Below, piece by piece: positions 60,530 through 64,000 of a stretch of DNA of 64,000 bases. The stretch is taken from contig JAQGDQ010001008.1 in the NCBI GenBank assembly GCA_030141605.1, positions 1 through 64,000 of the forward strand, in the 5' to 3' direction. A program made the translations under genes and the position numbers. Source of the stretch: Tubiluchus corallicola. Lineage: Eukaryota > Animalia > Priapulida. Within the stretch, counting starts at the first letter, position 1. Each line of letters opens with the position of its first letter. The notes under the pieces were generated by a model. The model searched no databases, was not told the DNA's origin, and saw only the letters and a list, made by a program, of their open reading frames with translations.

Positions 60530-62438
60530 TTTGGCATGTGGATGCCTAACACGTGCTGTCACCCCCACCCCCCCTATTATATACGCAGTGGTACTAAATA
60601 CAGAAATTTTAATTGCCGTTCTGTTAGCTGTGAAAAATCGTTTTTCATATCAACCATTAACATGTGGAACAACTTACCACAGAACATTCGTGAAATTACA
60701 TCCATTTCACACTTCAAACAAGAGCTCAAATCTCATTTAAGTTTTTCGTTGCGTAAGAAACATTTTTCATTTGGTAAACCTCCAATATCAGTGCATCATA
60801 CGCGCATGAGAATCGGATTTTCTCAGCTAAACTATGACCTTTTCTCTAAAAGCTGTAAAGCTAAAGGCTGTAAAGATAATAACGGTCATCCAATATTGCC
60901 GAATTGTAACTGTGGATTTCGATTTGAGTCTGTTGAACACATTTTGTTGCACTGCCCATTGTATCAACAAACTAGGGTTGTTATATTTGATAAATTAAAT
61001 GAAATACTTCTGCCCGAAAACCTTAATATAGCTGCTTTAGGAACTAATGATCTGTTGAAGTTGTTATTATTCGGTAAAGATGAATTTAACTATGTTGCTA
61101 ACTGTAAAATATTCTAATGCATACATGACTTTATATTACGTACTAAACGCTTGCAGTAGTTTCTATCTGATATAAAATGCATCAGTCTTAAATATTCGTA
61201 TATTAATTTTTACTAACCGTCATAAAATACTAATGTCTAATGTATTCTTGTAGTAAAACTTGTCAGCTTGTGTAGTTATAGTCTATTCTTACTGTAAATG
61301 TTACTAATGTCTAATGTAATCTTGTAGTAAAACTTGTCAGCTTGTGTAGTTATAGTCTATTCTTACTGTAAATGTTACTAATGTCTAATGTAATCTTGTA
61401 GTAAAACTTGTCAGCTTGTGTAGTTATAGTCTATTCTTACTGTAAATGTTACTAATGTCTAATGTAATCTTGTAGTAAAACTTGTCAGCTTGTGTAGTTA
61501 TAGTCTATTCTTACTGTAAATGTTACTAATGTCTAATGTAATCTTGTAGTAAAACTTGTCAGCTTGTGTAGTTATAGTCTATTCTTACTGTAAATGTTAC
61601 TAATGTCTAATGTAATCTTGTAGTAAAACTTGTCAGCTTGTGTAGTTATAGTCAATTCTTACTGTAAATGTTACTAATGTCTAATGTAATCTTGTAGTAA
61701 AACTTGTCAGCTTGTGTAGTTATAGTCTATTCTTACTGTAAATGTTACTAATGTCTAATGTAATCTTGTAGTAAAACTTGTCAGCTTGTGTAGTTATAGT
61801 CTATTCTTACTGTAAATGTTACTAATGTCTGATGTAATCTTGTAGTAAAACTTGTCAGCTTGTGTAGTTATAGTCTATTCTTACTGTAAATGTTACTAAT
61901 ATCTAATGTAATCTTGTAGTAAAACTTGTCAGCTTGTGTAGTTATAGTCTATTCTTACTGTAAATGTTACTAATGTCTAATGTAATCTTGTAGTAAAACT
62001 TGTCAGCTTGTGTAGTTATAGTCTAATCTTACTGTAAATGTTACGAATGTCTAATGTAATCTTGTAGTAAAACTTGTCAGCTTGTGTAGTTATAGTCTAT
62101 TCTTACTGTAAATGTTACTAATGTCTAATGTAATCTTGTAGTAAAACTTGTCAGCTTGTGTAGTTATAGTCTATTCTTACTGTAAATGTTACTAATGTCT
62201 AATGTAATCTTGTGGTAAAACTTGTCAGCTTGTGTAGTTATAGTCTATTCTTACTGTAAATGTTACTAATGTCTAATGTAATCTTGTAGTAAAACTTGTC
62301 AGCTTGTGCAGTTATAGTCTATTCTTACTGTAAATGTTTTTGTAAATAGTGTATAAAGTCTGTTGTGGTGAGGATCCTAAATCATGTTGTACAAACTGTC
62401 TGATCCAATCCAAAATAAATTATGTTTAAACTAACTAA
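60530..62438 (+). mobile_element. 5'-truncated LINE (ORF2 C-terminus, then 3' UTR containing a 74-bp array), antisense in an OXR1 intron
   Basis: SFFISTINMWNNLP...FK..LK, R.RIGFS.LN..LF, CNCG..ESVEHILLHCPLY; AATAAA and short-repeat tail near 62415-62438. Confidence 0.82.
61228..62338. repeat. 74-bp minisatellite, about 15 copies, in a LINE 3' UTR
   Basis: Unit tactaatgtctaatgtaatcttgtagtaaaacttgtcagcttgtgtagttatagtctattcttactgtaaatgt. Confidence 0.95.
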
Positions 62439-62529
62439 CACATGTCGCATGTGCACTTAACTTACTGTTGCAATATTCATGACAGGTGTGCAAACATTAA
62501 TATTCCACGAGCAATTGACTCACTCACAA

Positions 62530-63070
62530 AAAACGAACTCCGGTTTAGGGCGAGAAAACCGTTGGCAATTGCAGTTAAGCAATACTGGGTTTGGTTAGAG
62601 GCTGGATGAGCGATGACCGGGTCTGACATTTGTGTTCTTTTTATGACACGACACGATGTTCTTGTACAATGTACACAAAATGAACCTTGGTTTAAGGTGA
62701 AAGAACCATTGGCGAGTTAAGCAATGCTGGGTCTGGCGATAGAATGGATAAGTGACGACCGAGTCAGACATTTGTGTTCTTTATATGGCACAACAAGACT
62801 TTCTTCTACAATGTACACAAACTAAAATCGTGGTTTAAGGCGAAAAAACCATGGTGGATGCTGGGCAATTACAGTTAAGCAATGCTGGGTGTGGCTAAAG
62901 ACTGGATGAGTGATGACCATGTCTGATATTTTATTTGTGTGCTTTACATGAAACAACTTCTTTGTACACAAATTAGAGAACCACTGTGGATGCTTGGTGA
63001 CCACAGTTAAGCAACGCTGGGTCTGTTTAGCGAATGGATGAGTGATGATCGAGTCCGACATTCGTGTTTT
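62530..63070 (+). repeat. Four degenerate ~145-bp tandem units, each with a 5S-like internal promoter segment
   Basis: agttaagcaa..ctgggt.tgg.tag...tggatgagtgatgacc repeated four times. Confidence 0.65.
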
Positions 63071-63471
63071 TAGACGCTAGTTTCAGTCTCTGTACTACCT
63101 CAAACAATCTTACTTCCTAGTGAAGCGATGTTCACACATCCAAACCTATGAAATTTCTGTTCATTGTTCTTTATAATGAAGAAAGGTACCGGTACTTCCA
63201 CAACCACCAAACAGTGAATCCCAGCATGCAAAGAAATCGTAGTTAGTTATTAATACAAGACCTTTACAGTACAAATATACGTACGTACAAATGCAAATAG
63301 CTAAGATGTGTGAGAACGAGATTTCCTTTTCTAAAGTAATTGTTCGTGGTGAACATCTGAGGCTCAAATTCGATTCAAACAAGTTTTTTTTCAGCTTGAA
63401 TTCGATTCGAACGTAAAATTAAAGATTTAAATAATTCAGCACTTCAGCCACATACATTCTTTATCATTAAA

Positions 63472-64000
63472 AAACATTTGAAGCATCATGCCACTAGCAC
63501 ATTTGAAACATCATGCCACTAGCACATTTGAAACATCGTGCCACTAGCACATTTGAAACATCGTGCCACCAGCACATTTGAAACATCATGAAACTAGCAC
63601 ATTTGAAATATCGTGCCACTAGCACATTTGAAACATCATGCCACTAGCACATTTGAAGCATCATGCCACTAGCACATTTGAAACATCATGCCACTAGCAC
63701 ATTTGAAACATCATGCCACTAGCACATTTGAAGCATCATGAAACTAGCACATTTGAGACATCATGCCACTAGCACATTTGAAACATCATGCCACTAGCAC
63801 ATTTGAAACATCGTGCCACTAGCACATTTGAAACATCGTGCCACCAGCACATTTGAAACATCATGAAACTAGCACATTTGAGACATCGTGCCACTAGCAC
63901 ATTTGAAACATCGTGCCACTAGCACATTTGAAGCATCATGCCACTAGCACATTTGAAACATCATGCCACTAGCACATTTGAAACATCATGCCACTAGCAC
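63472..64000. repeat. 25-bp minisatellite running off the window end
   Basis: Unit catcatgccactagcacatttgaaa. Confidence 0.96.

Overview
Eukaryotic (invertebrate animal, probably lophotrochozoan) genomic DNA, AT-rich, intron-rich and dense in minisatellites and transposon relics. Four protein-coding loci can be reconstructed with GT-AG splice sites and consistent phases. (1) The 3' end of a twitchin/projectin giant muscle kinase gene (+, 16 exons, 101-22587: kinase, autoinhibitory tail, three Ig domains). (2) An intronless 498-aa Cys-rich secreted pro-protein of unknown family (-, 26292-27788). (3) A 4-exon secreted Kunitz-LDLa-Kunitz gene (+, 30991-44502). (4) The 3' part of an OXR1/NCOA7-type TLDc gene (-, 52493-60489). 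Mobile DNA includes a defective Ty3/gypsy element with 101-bp LTRs, two copies of a 5S-rRNA-headed SINE, Tc1/mariner- and piggyBac-type MITEs, a foldback-like element and LINE fragments. The most striking pattern is that tandem repeats are repeatedly anchored on exon-intron junctions. In six cases the repeat unit contains the splice site plus flanking exon sequence (up to 33 donor copies), and several more arrays start or stop within a few to about 50 bp of a splice site. The source sequence of several other arrays (LINE ORF2 end, LINE 3' UTR, dispersed repeats) can be read directly. All calls were made by eye, with no database searches.
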